Under the pieces are notes generated by a model that worked only from the letters and a program-made list of their open reading frames with translations, had not been told where the DNA came from and did no database searches. From contig JBBIGR010000002.1 in NCBI GenBank assembly GCA_037447435.1, positions 1 to 64,000 of the forward strand: a stretch of 64,000 bases of DNA, read 5' to 3'. Below are positions 29,386 to 40,900 of this stretch, piece after piece. This DNA comes from Fibrobacteria bacterium (GTDB lineage: Bacteria; Fibrobacterota; Chitinivibrionia; Chitinivibrionales; FEN-1185). A program made the position numbers and the translations under genes. How positions within the stretch are numbered: the first letter of the stretch is position 1; the number at the start of each line of letters is the position of its first letter.

Positions 29386-30393
29386 ATGGCAAAGAATAAA
29401 AACGTTTTCAAACAAATTTATATAGTGGGTTCCCTGATCGGTTTGATCGCGTTGTCGACCGCGCTGTATTCCCGCTCACCGGCTCAGAACGTTTCGAATA
29501 CGAAAAAAGCTCAATCGAACGTTCACTATATTGCGCCAACCGTTCACGTCGATTCTTCATTCTTAATGCCCGTAGAAACCTGGAAAAACAAAAAATTTAT
29601 CGTCTTGAGCAAATTAAAGCTTTTCAGAAAATTCGGCTATGAATTATACCTTTCGAAATCATTGTCGGCAAATACCGCAGCGCTGGACACTGCGCGGGAA
29701 ACCGACAAACATCATGTCCGCTATGAAGTCTTGTGCGGAAAAACGCTTATCGCAACGGAAATCATTCCGGCGGGCGGGGAATATCTGGTAACCTTTGTGG
29801 AAAACGGCACACAAACCGCGTATTATTCGAAGACCCATAAACACGCGGTCGAGGGATTGGCGTTGGCAGACGATATTGACAATGCTTCGAAGCAATGGGT
29901 GGGAAAAACCGTTTTTTCGCGTCGGCGGTCTATCGACGTATACGATTCCCTGACCGGGACATTCTCCAATATCAAAGTCCGGATACAGGACCCGTTGCGG
30001 GTTTCCCGCGTGATTTGGGGCACGTCGCCCATGCCGCCCAAGCCGGTTTGGCTTTGCGTTAAAACCGCAACCGACGAAACCGGCATAATTCCTATAATGC
30101 AAAGTTTTGCAAATATCATGACCGACAAAATCGCATCTGAAGCGCCCTGGCAGGAAGATCTTTTCGATACCGACCCCACAAAGATATACGCTTGGGACAG
30201 TTTGACCTGGAAAGAAATCAACACCCATTCCATAGTAAGCGGCATGAATAAAGAACAGGTGCTTGTTTCTTGGGGACAACCCCAGCGAATCGCTTTGGGT
30301 GCTCAAAAGCCCACCTGCACCGAACAATGGTTTTACGGCAGCCAATACTTATGCTTTGACCATGATTCCGTAGCTTCCATCGGCGGTCAATAA
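29386..30393 (+). CDS. Exported hypothetical protein with C-terminal BamE/SmpA-like motif
   Basis: N-terminal hydrophobic anchor; GMNKEQVLVSWGQP..EQWFY. Confidence 0.65.
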   Translation: MAKNKNVFKQIYIVGSLIGLIALSTALYSRSPAQNVSNTKKAQSNVHYIAPTVHVDSSFLMPVETWKNKKFIVLSKLKLFRKFGYELYLSKSLSANTAALDTARETDKHHVRYEVLCGKTLIATEIIPAGGEYLVTFVENGTQTAYYSKTHKHAVEGLALADDIDNASKQWVGKTVFSRRRSIDVYDSLTGTFSNIKVRIQDPLRVSRVIWGTSPMPPKPVWLCVKTATDETGIIPIMQSFANIMTDKIASEAPWQEDLFDTDPTKIYAWDSLTWKEINTHSIVSGMNKEQVLVSWGQPQRIALGAQKPTCTEQWFYGSQYLCFDHDSVASIGGQ

Positions 30394-30413
30394 CCGTTTG
30401 GTCCTTGTTTTTT

Positions 30414-31250
30414 ATGCCTTTTTTCTCCGTTATTATCACTACATTTAATCGTCGTCATTGGATTATGAGAGCCGTGTCCTCGGTTTGCCGGCAATCATGT
30501 TCCGATTTCGAACTCGTTGTGGTCGACGACAATTCGACCGACGGAACTTCAAAAGAACTGTTTGAGAACCTTACCGTTCCGGTGCGATTCGAAAAACTCG
30601 ATTCCCACTACGGAGTTTCGAAGGCCCGAAATCACGGAGTATCGATTTCCAAAGGTGAATGGATTGCGTTTTTGGATTCCGATGACCAATGGCACGAGGA
30701 AAAATTGGCAAAGCAAATGAGATGGCATGCCGAAAACCCGGCCATGCGGATATCGCAAACCGAGGAAATTTGGATACGAAACGGAATCCGCGTTAACCAA
30801 CCGTCCGAGTATAAAAAACTACAAGGATTCATTTTTGAGCAAAGCTTGTTGCGATGTACAATAACGCCGTCGTCGGTCATGATGCAAAGAAGTCTGTTCC
30901 AGGAAATGGGCGGATTCAACGAATCGCTCCCTGCTTGCGAAGACTATGACTTGTGGCTCAAAATCACAAGCAAGTATCCTATCGGACTGGTTGATGAATA
31001 TTTAATTACCAAATCCGGCGGCCACCCTGATCAATTATCGACAACCGTTATGGGGCTTGATCGTTTTCGAATACGAAGTATTTTAAACCTTCTGAACTCA
31101 GGCACGCTCACGGCAAAACAGGAATCTTTATGCCGGCAAATAGTGGCGCAGAAGGCCATTGTTGTGGCAAACGGGTATAAAAAACGCGGAAGGATTTGTG
31201 AATATGATCGATACGAAAAAATCGCCACTACTTTTGGACCTGCAAAATGA
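30414..31250 (+). CDS. GT2 glycosyltransferase
   Basis: SVIITTFNR, VDDNSTD, GVSKARN, FLDSDD, CEDYDLWL. Confidence 0.92.
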   Translation: MPFFSVIITTFNRRHWIMRAVSSVCRQSCSDFELVVVDDNSTDGTSKELFENLTVPVRFEKLDSHYGVSKARNHGVSISKGEWIAFLDSDDQWHEEKLAKQMRWHAENPAMRISQTEEIWIRNGIRVNQPSEYKKLQGFIFEQSLLRCTITPSSVMMQRSLFQEMGGFNESLPACEDYDLWLKITSKYPIGLVDEYLITKSGGHPDQLSTTVMGLDRFRIRSILNLLNSGTLTAKQESLCRQIVAQKAIVVANGYKKRGRICEYDRYEKIATTFGPAK

Positions 31251-32208
31251 TTTGCAAAACAAAATTCAGAATAGTTTCCTGAAACGCCTTGAAATATCAT
31301 CGATTTCCGTAAACGAAGCTCCGAATGATTGCGCCGAAATATCCCCGATGCTCAAAGAAAACAAGCCTCTGATTGTCATGCCCTTACTCGTGTATGCCTG
31401 GAAAAATGACACATATAAGATTTTAGACGGGACAAAGCGGTTTTTCAATTTTAAACACGCCAATACTTCTCATTGTCAATGCCAAATACTCCCTGAGCCG
31501 GTTGTGGAAGAAAACACCGTGGCGCTTCGCACGCTGCTTAATTGTCACAGGCAATTATCGCTTTTCGAACAATTGTCGTTTATCGGGTGGTGCATATCGT
31601 TTATTCCACAGGAAGAGTTTTTCGGGTCTTGCCAAATCGTGGGTATAGACAGGAAAAAAGCAGGATTATTGCTTTCTTTACATGGTTTTGATGCGCAAAC
31701 GAAATCAAGGGTGCTTTCGAACGAAATACATCTGGAAAATGCGGAAAGTTTTCATGCATTGCCGGAATCGGATAAAACCGCCTTTACCGGCTTTTTCCGT
31801 TCAATGCAATTGTCTATGCAAATGCAACGCGATATATTGGAATGGAGCGCGGAAATAGCATTTACGAAATCCCAATCGATATCGGACCTTTTATCGGATA
31901 TAACACTTGTTGAGATCAAAAATAGCGACAATTATACGGTTCCGCAAAAAATCCAAAAAATTCACGAGCTAATTTTCTCTCAGCGTTTCCCTGCATTTTA
32001 CAAAACAAACACTGAATGGAAACATTTGATGCGAAAAACCCTGGGACAAACCCACGGTGTTCAGATGACGCCGAATCCGTATTTTGAAAAAAATAAACTT
32101 GAGATTAAAATCACATTAACAAAAGGAGAACAAGCCAAACCGGTATTTGAAAATTTGGCCTCAATTCCTTCGGACACCTGGACTGCCCTGATATGTCCAA
32201 TCGAATAG
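31204..32208 (+). CDS. ParB/Srx N-terminal-like domain protein
   Basis: PLLV..YKILDGTKRF resembles the ParB N domain; start uncertain; overlaps the GT2 end. Confidence 0.6.
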   Translation: MIDTKKSPLLLDLQNDLQNKIQNSFLKRLEISSISVNEAPNDCAEISPMLKENKPLIVMPLLVYAWKNDTYKILDGTKRFFNFKHANTSHCQCQILPEPVVEENTVALRTLLNCHRQLSLFEQLSFIGWCISFIPQEEFFGSCQIVGIDRKKAGLLLSLHGFDAQTKSRVLSNEIHLENAESFHALPESDKTAFTGFFRSMQLSMQMQRDILEWSAEIAFTKSQSISDLLSDITLVEIKNSDNYTVPQKIQKIHELIFSQRFPAFYKTNTEWKHLMRKTLGQTHGVQMTPNPYFEKNKLEIKITLTKGEQAKPVFENLASIPSDTWTALICPIE

Positions 32209-32294
32209 TTGTTTGTCGTGCAATCATTTATATTATTGGCGGTCTTTAGGCCGGTACGATATAATGATGTAATGCTCAGAAATGCTTGGTCATT

Positions 32295-32549
32295 ATGAAA
32301 CCTATAATTTCCTTTTTGCGCCAATACGGGTTTTTCCTGTTATTCACCGGTTTTTGCGTCACCGCTATCTTCATGTTGCTCTACGTAACCTGCATATATA
32401 AAAATTTAAATATTGATTTGAGGAATTTCGCCTTTGAAGCCACGTTTATCGGGCTTGGGGTTGCGGCAATCGGCAGAATCGGCGTTTTTCTCGAAAATCG
32501 CGCACAGAAGAAAGAATGGCTGTCGGACGACAAAAAGGACAAAGCGTGA
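32295..32549 (+). CDS. Small 2-TM membrane protein
   Basis: Two hydrophobic helices; stop overlaps the GTG start of the next gene. Confidence 0.65.
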   Translation: MKPIISFLRQYGFFLLFTGFCVTAIFMLLYVTCIYKNLNIDLRNFAFEATFIGLGVAAIGRIGVFLENRAQKKEWLSDDKKDKA

Positions 32550-33013
32550 AAATCCAAGACATCCTGCAAAAAAACGGCATTCTTACAAATTTGGAGTCCA
32601 CGAATAAAATCGAGATACTGACTCAAATGGGAAAGTATCTTGCAACGCTCAACGGTATTACCGATTTAGACCATATTGCCAGGAAAATACTGGACCGGGA
32701 AGCCGAAATGTCTACCGGCATCGGTTATGGAATCGCAATCCCGCATGCACGAATCGAAGGAATCGACAAATTATATATGATTGCCGGAAGATCGGTAAAA
32801 GGCATTGATTTTAATGCCATCGACGAACAACCGGTACATTTGATTTTCATGATGCTTTCCCCTGCAAACGCATCGAGCCAATATACGACCATTTTATCGT
32901 CACTTTCGCGGGTCATGTCGTATGAAGAAATCCGCAACAGCCTGATCGAATCCGAAAACGCCGAAAGTTTCCTCGGAATAATAGCCGCCGGCGAGGACAA
33001 ATACGTCGGGTAA
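32546..33013 (+). CDS. PTS EIIA (Ntr/fructose-type) protein
   Basis: REAEMSTGIGYGIAIPHAR (phospho-His), DFNAIDEQPV. Confidence 0.92.
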   Translation: MKIQDILQKNGILTNLESTNKIEILTQMGKYLATLNGITDLDHIARKILDREAEMSTGIGYGIAIPHARIEGIDKLYMIAGRSVKGIDFNAIDEQPVHLIFMMLSPANASSQYTTILSSLSRVMSYEEIRNSLIESENAESFLGIIAAGEDKYVG

Positions 33014-33042
33014 GTAGCATACCCCTTCAATTTTCAGAAAAG

Positions 33043-35181
33043 TTACACTCCGCTGAACTGCATTTTATACAGATCGTAATACATTCCCTGGCGGGCAAGA
33101 AGAGAGGCGTGATCGCCTTGTTCGACGATGCAGCCTTTATCCAATACTAAAATTTTGTTGGCATTTTGCACCGTAGACAATCGATGCGCGACGACGATCG
33201 AGGTACGGCCGGTGATAAGGCGCCGTATTGCGTCTTGAATGAGCTGCTCGGTTTCGGTATCGATATTCGACGTTGCCTCATCGAGCACCAATATCGACGG
33301 ATCGGCATACAATGCCCTTGCAAATGCGATAAGCTGACGTTCGCCTGCGGAAAATGTCGCACCCCGTTCCATGACCGGCTCTTCATCGCGCTTTGGAAGC
33401 CTTGAAATAAAGCCGTCAAGATGCGTAATTGCCGAAACATCTTTGAAGCGTTGTCGATCGAGGTCATTAAATAAAATGATGTTTTCGCGCAATGTCCGGG
33501 AAAACAGGAACACATCCTGCATGACCGTAGCGATGTTTTTGCGAAGCATTGAAAGCTCGATGGCGGAAATATCCACACCGTCTATGGTTATTTTACCCTT
33601 TTGTATGGGATAAAGTCGCGACAGTAAACTGATAATTGTCGTTTTTCCCGATCCGGTACCGCCGACAAGCGCGAGCATTTGATGCGGATTTACGGAAAAG
33701 GAAACGCCTTTTAGCACCCATTCGCCGGGAGCATAGCCGAACCAAACGTCATCAAATACTATTTCTCCCTGGAAACGATTAGCGGGTGCCTTACTACGGC
33801 CCGATGCCGCGCCGCCGGTTTCATATTCCTTGACACAATCGGCGTTAAAAACCGACATGACTTTCTCTCCTGCCGCAGTTGCGCTCTGCAAGGTGTCGAA
33901 TTTTTCCGACAAATCGCCGATGGGCTCGAAAAAACTGCCGACATAGGCTATGAACATGAGAACGACGCCGTACGAAAGCATATCCCCTAATAGCAGCCTG
34001 CATCCGAGAAAAATCACCGCCGCAATGGCAAACCACTTGCAAAAATCAATAAGCGGCCTGAAAATGGCGTATATGTACAGTTGCCTGATATTCGCCGCAT
34101 ACAATTCGTTATTGATCGTTGTGAATTTTTGGAATTGCTTGGCCTGTTGCACGAAAATTTGCACGATGCGGATGCCGGTTATGTTTTCATTCAGGAATGC
34201 ATTGAGATCCGCAAGCTTTGTCCGGATGGCGCGATATGCGTCGCGCGCTTTGATGCGGAAAAGCATGGTGACGACGACCAGCAACGGGAATGTGATTGCA
34301 ACGGCACATGCCAGGTAAATGTTGACAAAAAACATGATCCCGGTGATGCCTGCAAGGATGAGTATGTCCTGCACCAAGGTAATAAGCACCGACGAAAACA
34401 TTTCATTTAACGCTTCGATGTCGTTGCCGACTCTGTTGACCAACTTACCGATAGGGTTTTTATCGAAATAGGCAAGTTCGAGCGAAAGGACATGATTGAA
34501 CAGGTCCTTTCGCAAATCGCGCATCGAATATTGCGACAAGCGCATAAGCAGGACGATTTGCGCATAGGAAGCCAGAAATTGTATCGTGTAAAGGCTCAGC
34601 ATGAACAGTACCAAAAGCCCGACATGGCCGGAATCCGATTTTCGTATTTGCACAAGTTCTTTTACGGTAAAGCGGTGCAGCGCATTGTCCTTGATGCAAT
34701 ACAGGGAATCGCCGAAGGCTACGATATCGCCCGTCGTCGTACATAAACGGAATTTATTGCGGGCCGCATCATCAATGAACGACGGCGATTCCACGAGCGT
34801 GTACTTTTCCTTCGAAAACAAACCGACGGCCTTATATTCGCCAATTTGCTTTTTAGAGAAAAAACCCGCTTGCGATTGAAATAAGAAATAATTTCCTTGC
34901 CGAAGAGACACGGCCTTTTTCAGGCTTTTTTGCACGTCCTTGTCCCGGGGTAATTGCAGTTTCGAAACGTCGATCACATACCCTTGCTTAATAATATAAC
35001 GGTCGAAAATGATTTTGCCCAGAAGCGGCGCCGTGAGCGTCGCGGCCGTGATGACCACCACGCAGGCGACGGACAAAAACAGCAGTTTTTTATACCGCAA
35101 TACATAGCCGAACAGGATGCGCATGAGGTCTTTATTGAAAAGTTTCCCGTTGTCGTTTTCTTCCTCATGATACGGCGTCAT
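33043..35181 (-). CDS. ABC exporter, ATP-binding/permease (MdlB/YheH-like)
   Basis: GGTGSGKT, FSAGERQ, LDEATS, IVVAHRLST; TM domain. Confidence 0.93.
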   Translation of the reverse strand: MTPYHEEENDNGKLFNKDLMRILFGYVLRYKKLLFLSVACVVVITAATLTAPLLGKIIFDRYIIKQGYVIDVSKLQLPRDKDVQKSLKKAVSLRQGNYFLFQSQAGFFSKKQIGEYKAVGLFSKEKYTLVESPSFIDDAARNKFRLCTTTGDIVAFGDSLYCIKDNALHRFTVKELVQIRKSDSGHVGLLVLFMLSLYTIQFLASYAQIVLLMRLSQYSMRDLRKDLFNHVLSLELAYFDKNPIGKLVNRVGNDIEALNEMFSSVLITLVQDILILAGITGIMFFVNIYLACAVAITFPLLVVVTMLFRIKARDAYRAIRTKLADLNAFLNENITGIRIVQIFVQQAKQFQKFTTINNELYAANIRQLYIYAIFRPLIDFCKWFAIAAVIFLGCRLLLGDMLSYGVVLMFIAYVGSFFEPIGDLSEKFDTLQSATAAGEKVMSVFNADCVKEYETGGAASGRSKAPANRFQGEIVFDDVWFGYAPGEWVLKGVSFSVNPHQMLALVGGTGSGKTTIISLLSRLYPIQKGKITIDGVDISAIELSMLRKNIATVMQDVFLFSRTLRENIILFNDLDRQRFKDVSAITHLDGFISRLPKRDEEPVMERGATFSAGERQLIAFARALYADPSILVLDEATSNIDTETEQLIQDAIRRLITGRTSIVVAHRLSTVQNANKILVLDKGCIVEQGDHASLLARQGMYYDLYKMQFSGV

Positions 35182-36965
35182 GGCACAACCTTTTCCTCGG
35201 ATAATTTTTGCAGATGAAAAAGCCTCGCGTAGAACCCTTCGGCTGCCGCAAGCTGTTCATGGGTGCCTTGCTCGATTATTTTTCCCTCGTCAAGAACGAC
35301 GATCCGGTCGCAATGCATGACCGTCGAAACTCGATGCGCGACGATGATCGACGTGATTCCTTTTGCCGCGGAAATAATCGATTTGAGAATTTTTTGTTCG
35401 GTTGCCGCATCGACACTCGAAAGTGCATCGTCGAGAACCAGTATTCTCGGCGCAATGAGAAGCGCGCGGGCTATTGCGATACGTTGTTTTTGCCCTCCCG
35501 AAAGCGTTATGCCGCGCTCGCCTATTTTAGTATCGTACCCGTTTACAAACCTGAGGATTTCATCGTGTATCGCCGCCAGTTTTGCAACGCGTTCTATAGC
35601 CTGCGGCATGCAATTTTCATCCATAGTACCAAACGCAATGTTGTTTGCAATGGTATCGGAAAACAAAAAGGAGTCTTGCGGCACATAGCCTATTGCACTT
35701 CGTAATGCGGACAACGGGATATCGTTAATATCGGCTTCGTCGATTCGAATCGAATTTTCGGCAATAGGAAACAAATGAAAAAGCAATGAAAGCAAGGTTG
35801 TTTTCCCGGACCCGGGCTTGCCCATTATCCCGCACGACGTACCTTGCTTGATATGTAAGGATACGTTCGAAATGATGTCGCGCCCGTCGGGTTCGTATCG
35901 GAATGTGCAACGGTCGAATCGAATGCTTCCGGCAATCGTACCGTTTTTTTGCGGTTTTATATCCGCTATTGCGGAAACATGCACGTCGGAACGGGTTTCC
36001 AAAAGCTCCATTATTCTCTTTGAAGACGCAATACCGCGCTGTAACATATTGAAGACCCAGCCTATCGCCATCATGGGCCAAACGAGAAGCCCTATATAAA
36101 ACGAGAACGACATGAATTTGCCCAAAGACAACGATCCGTGCAATACCGAAAGCCCGCCGAAATAAAACAAGAGCGAAACGGAAATACAAGCAAGAAAACT
36201 TATGATCGGAAAAAAGAAACCCCATAGTTTGACAAGTCCCATGTTTTTGTCCACATACTCGTCGCAGGCCTTGACAAAATCCTTAAGCTCCTGTTCTTCC
36301 TGGACAAAGCCTTTGATGACGCGTATACCGGAAAACGCTTCCTGACTTTTGGATGAAATGGTCCCGAATGACTCCTGTACATCCTTGAATTTAGACTGTA
36401 TCATCCCGCCGAATCGAAGCATGATGAAAACAATAAGGGGCATGGGCAAAATTGTTATCAATGTCAAGGGAACATCCGTGGTCAGCATGAAAACTATGGA
36501 CATGGAACCCATGAACAATGCATCGGTAAGACCGATAAGCCCCATGCCCGATGCCATGCGGATGGCATTAAGGTCATTGATGCAAAGGGCCATGATGTCG
36601 CCGGTTTTCGTTTTATTGAAATAGGAAAACGAAAGCGACATCAAATGCGAAAAAATGTCCTGGCGGATTTGCGTTTCAATTTTCCGTGAAGGCCCGACAA
36701 TGCATAAGCGCCAGAAAAACCTAAGGATCACCATGGCCGCAGCCAGGCCAAGGATTTTTAAAGCGTTTGCGAGTATTATTCCCTGCGTGAATTGGGATTC
36801 GGAAAGAAGATCTAGGGTTTTTTGGATAATTTTAGGAATAACGAGTTGGCATAAATCAACGGCAACGAGCAATAACATGCCGCACATAACCATGCCGGCA
36901 TGCTTTTTAAGGTATGAAAATAAAAAAACCAGAGCTTTTTTTGTGCTGACCGTATTGCGTTGCAT
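35178..36965 (-). CDS. ABC exporter, ATP-binding/permease (MdlA/YheI-like)
   Basis: GKPGSGKT, LSGGQKQR, LDDALS (degenerate Walker B); ATGA overlap with partner. Confidence 0.93.
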   Translation of the reverse strand: MQRNTVSTKKALVFLFSYLKKHAGMVMCGMLLLVAVDLCQLVIPKIIQKTLDLLSESQFTQGIILANALKILGLAAAMVILRFFWRLCIVGPSRKIETQIRQDIFSHLMSLSFSYFNKTKTGDIMALCINDLNAIRMASGMGLIGLTDALFMGSMSIVFMLTTDVPLTLITILPMPLIVFIMLRFGGMIQSKFKDVQESFGTISSKSQEAFSGIRVIKGFVQEEQELKDFVKACDEYVDKNMGLVKLWGFFFPIISFLACISVSLLFYFGGLSVLHGSLSLGKFMSFSFYIGLLVWPMMAIGWVFNMLQRGIASSKRIMELLETRSDVHVSAIADIKPQKNGTIAGSIRFDRCTFRYEPDGRDIISNVSLHIKQGTSCGIMGKPGSGKTTLLSLLFHLFPIAENSIRIDEADINDIPLSALRSAIGYVPQDSFLFSDTIANNIAFGTMDENCMPQAIERVAKLAAIHDEILRFVNGYDTKIGERGITLSGGQKQRIAIARALLIAPRILVLDDALSSVDAATEQKILKSIISAAKGITSIIVAHRVSTVMHCDRIVVLDEGKIIEQGTHEQLAAAEGFYARLFHLQKLSEEKVVP

Positions 36966-37377
36966 TACGATGAAAAATACTTGGAAGCCATTATCTTTTA
37001 ACAGAGGACTTAAAAAATAAAGATAGCGATCGCGACATCAAAAGCATAATCAACAGATCCAAAAAGCACTGAAACATATTCAAAAATCTCTGTAACAGAG
37101 GCTAAAAGATCATTAATAGAGATTTTTTAGAGCATTATGCCGTTGTTACTGACATAAATACCTCTGTTACATTCAATTTTCTATTTGAACATCAAAAAAC
37201 AGCTCTGTTACACTACTTTTTGACTTTAAAGCGGTTATTTTTTTTGTTTAAGGGACAAAAATCCTGCTACAAAGGGGGGGTGAAATCCTGTTACAGGTTT
37301 TTTTTGGAGCGTGTCAGAATTTTTATGCAAACGGATTACTGCAAATACCTGCTTGATTCTGAAGAACTCGATGTCCC

Positions 37378-37911
37378 TTATTGCTTGAGCGGAGCAATAT
37401 AGAGAATTTTTTTAGCGGGTATATTATAAATTTCCATGACCGGACCTTTTATTTCACGTTTTTCTTTAACTAAAAATTCGGCCATTTTAGGATAAAATTT
37501 CATAGGTCCGGTCATTGGAGACAATACGGACCTAATGGGAAATTCGCCGATTAAGCATTCTGTTTTTATGAAAATTTCCGCAGCATAGGGAGCAGAAACC
37601 GAATCAAGAAATTTTTCGGTTATATAACCGCCTTGGCTCCGCAACTCATTCTGTTTTGTCGTATGAGGATTATCGAAATAAACTGCAAAACCCTGAGTCG
37701 GTGTTAACGAGCGCTTTTTTGTGAGGTATTGATAGACATCGTACAACACAAAGCGTACATCTTTATATGGACCCTTATGCTCCCGAAACACCAGGTTATA
37801 AGGGCCCATGGAATCGATGCGTACCTTTACCGTATCGAAAATCCCGGCAAAAAAGCATAGGCAAAGGAAAACCAGTGCGCTTGCACCGACGATGAGTCCA
37901 AGTATTCGCAT
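37378..37911 (-). CDS. Membrane-anchored GyrI-like domain protein
   Basis: N-terminal TM; EHKGPY, AVYFDNP, ELRS..G, MEIY. Confidence 0.75.
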   Translation of the reverse strand: MRILGLIVGASALVFLCLCFFAGIFDTVKVRIDSMGPYNLVFREHKGPYKDVRFVLYDVYQYLTKKRSLTPTQGFAVYFDNPHTTKQNELRSQGGYITEKFLDSVSAPYAAEIFIKTECLIGEFPIRSVLSPMTGPMKFYPKMAEFLVKEKREIKGPVMEIYNIPAKKILYIAPLKQ

Positions 37912-37925
37912 GAATAAGGACCGGC

Positions 37926-40900
37926 CTAAGCCGCCTGCAAGGCGGCCTCTTCGAATTTCACCGAAACGATGGTCGATACGCCGCGTTCCATTTGGGTCAC
38001 GCCGTATAAAAGATCAGCTGCTTCCATCGTACGCTTATTATGCGTGACGACGATAAACTGCGTTTGTTCCGAGAACTTTTTAAGTATGTTCACGAAACGC
38101 CCGATGTTCGCATCATCGAGCGGCGCATCGAGTTCGTCGAGAATACAATAAGCCGAAGGCTTGACAAGATACAATGAAAACAACAACGAAATCGCGGTAA
38201 GCGCGCGTTCTCCGCCGGAAAGCAATCCGACGCCGCGCATTTTCTTTCCTGCCGGCCGGACATTGATGGTGATTGCCGCTTCAAGCGGGTCAACGTTTTC
38301 TTCAAGCGAAAGACATGCTTCTCCGCCCTCAAAAAGCGTGGTGAACATGGTGACGAAGTTTTTCTGTACCTGTTCGAACGTCAATACGAATTGAGTACGG
38401 GCCTCTTTATCGAGTTTTTTGATCGCTTTTTCCAAATCGTCTACGGCTGTTTGCAAATCGTCTCGCTGCATCGTCATTTCCTTGAGACGCGCGCTTTCCG
38501 TTTCGAACTCATTGAGCGCAGCCATATTCACATCGCCGAGCCTGCGAAGCCGTTCCTTGAACATATTGATGTTTTCGGCGACTGCCGCATCTTCTTCCGC
38601 AACGACCATTATATCGGAAGGCGGGGTTTCAAGGTCGACTTCATATGCCTGCCAAATCCGCTCGCGAATCCGTCGTTTTTCCTGTTCGTCGCGCGTTTGT
38701 TCCAATTCCAATCCGTGAATACGATTCGATAATTCTTCGACATCGCCGGATTCGGTTTTTAACGACTTGCGGATCTCATCGATTTCCAACAGAATCGCAC
38801 TGTATTTTTCTCGTTGATTGTCGCGTATGGATTCGAGTTGGGCGCGTTGCTCCGTTTGCAAAACAAGCTGCTGTTCTTTTGCACCGATGCCCGATTCCAA
38901 AGATTGGATTTCCGATTCGGCATTATGCTTTTCGATACTTACGGACTCTTTTTTCGCCGTAAAGTCGACGATATTTTTGCTGAGCCGTTCGATGTCCTGC
39001 TTTTCCTGATTTATACGGTTTGCAAGCCCCATCATTTCGAGTTCGATATTTTTAAGATGCTCCGCCATGCGGTTGCGTTCTTCTTGCGTCAGGGCAAGAC
39101 CGGTTCGCGATTGCTCGCCTTCGGTTTCGATCGCCAGGCGTTTCGCGCTCAGTTCTTCGCAGGCTTTCTCCGCTTCAACGATTCTTGTCTCGCAATCGGT
39201 GATGCGGTCGCGCGTTTTGGCAAGCTCGCCATGGATGTTTTGCATCGTCGCATCTATGGTCTTGCTTTCGTTTTCATAATGGCGTATCGTGGTTTCCTGT
39301 TCCTGCTGCATCTGGCGGCCGGCATTGAGTTTTTCATCCACCTCAACAAGTGCGAATTTCGCCTCATCGCGGTTGATGATGCAGATTTCCTTTTCATGCA
39401 CTATACGCTGATAATCGTTTTCAGAGCGTTCGATATCGACCGCAAGTTTTTCTATCTGTTGCTTGCGCTGCAGCAGACCCGCCTGTTGCTTTTTAGGAGT
39501 ACCTGCCAAGACGCATCCGTTTTGCAGGCATACGACCCCGTCGCGCGAGACGAATATGGAATCGGCATTGTCCGCCGAACGGCCGATCGCTTCATCGGAA
39601 GTCGCGGTGAGGTGCATGTTCGAAAACAGATAATCGGCAACGCAGGAATATTCGGACGCCGTTTGCACATAAGAACGGAGCTGTTCGGTACCGGGCATCG
39701 ATTGGTTTTTGAACGAAAGTTTCGACAGGCGCTGAAGCGAGACCATCCGCGCATAACCTGCTTTTTCGGTATTGAGATACGCGACCGCGGCTTTAAGGTC
39801 GGCGTCGGTTTTAAACACGACCGTTTGAATCGTTTGGCCGAGTACCCGTTCGACCAAACCGACAACAGCCTCATCGGGCACGCGGACAAGGTCTGCGACG
39901 ATTCCGACCGCACCGCTGGATTTGTTGGCGACCAACGCCTTTACACCCGCTTCGTATCCTTCGAACGATGCGTCCAAACCTTCCAAAAACGTCCGTTGCG
40001 ACTTGTACGAGTCAATTTGCGCTTCCAGGCGTTTTTCTTTTTCAATGAGGTTCTGATAATTTTCATCCTCTTTTTCGATACGCCCCAAAAGCACCTCGCG
40101 CGACGCGCTCAGGTTCTGATGCGCCTCATGCGCCGACGCGAGCTGCGCCTTGCAACGTTCCATTGCGTCGAAATATTCGTCGAGACGCGTTTGCAGGGTC
40201 TGCAATTGTTTTTCATCGCGGTCTTTACGCTCGATACTGTTGGAAAGATTGCTGCGCAGCGACGCTATGACGTTTTTCCGTTCGCCGATGGCATTGATGA
40301 TATTGATCTGTTCCGACGACAGCCGCTCCGCTTCTTTCCGGATGGCACCGACTTTTCCGTCTACCGAAGCAAGTTCGGCCTGGGCGCGCGCCACCTTTTC
40401 TTTGCATTGATCAAGCTCGGTCCCGTGTTCGATGATTCCTTTTTCGAGTTGGATTTTCAGGGTGGAGCTGTTCTCGATTTGCTCCTGTAAACCGGCTTGA
40501 TCCCGTTGGCAGCGGACCACGTTCTCCTTTTGAAACGCCAGACGCTCTTTACTGACCGAAACCTCGCGATCGAGCGTGATGATTTTCTCATTGGCCTCGG
40601 AAACGTTCCGCGAGGCGATTTCAAGCTCTTTCTCCTGCTCGAGCGCGGCCAGCTGCTTTTTTTCTATGCCCGCTTCGGAGGTTGCGACGCCGGCCTTGAT
40701 GCGCGTGCGGCGCTCTTCACTTTCGTCAATATCCTTTTTGCGCGCCAGCATGGCCTCGGCAAGCGTTGTAAAGCGGCGGTTTTCGAAGCCGACTTCCAAC
40801 GATTTAAGATCCGTAAAGTAGCGCTTGTACCGATTTGCTTTTTCGACATGACGCGCAAGCATGCGCACCTGCCGGTCGGCTTCCTGGGCCTTGTCGTTTA

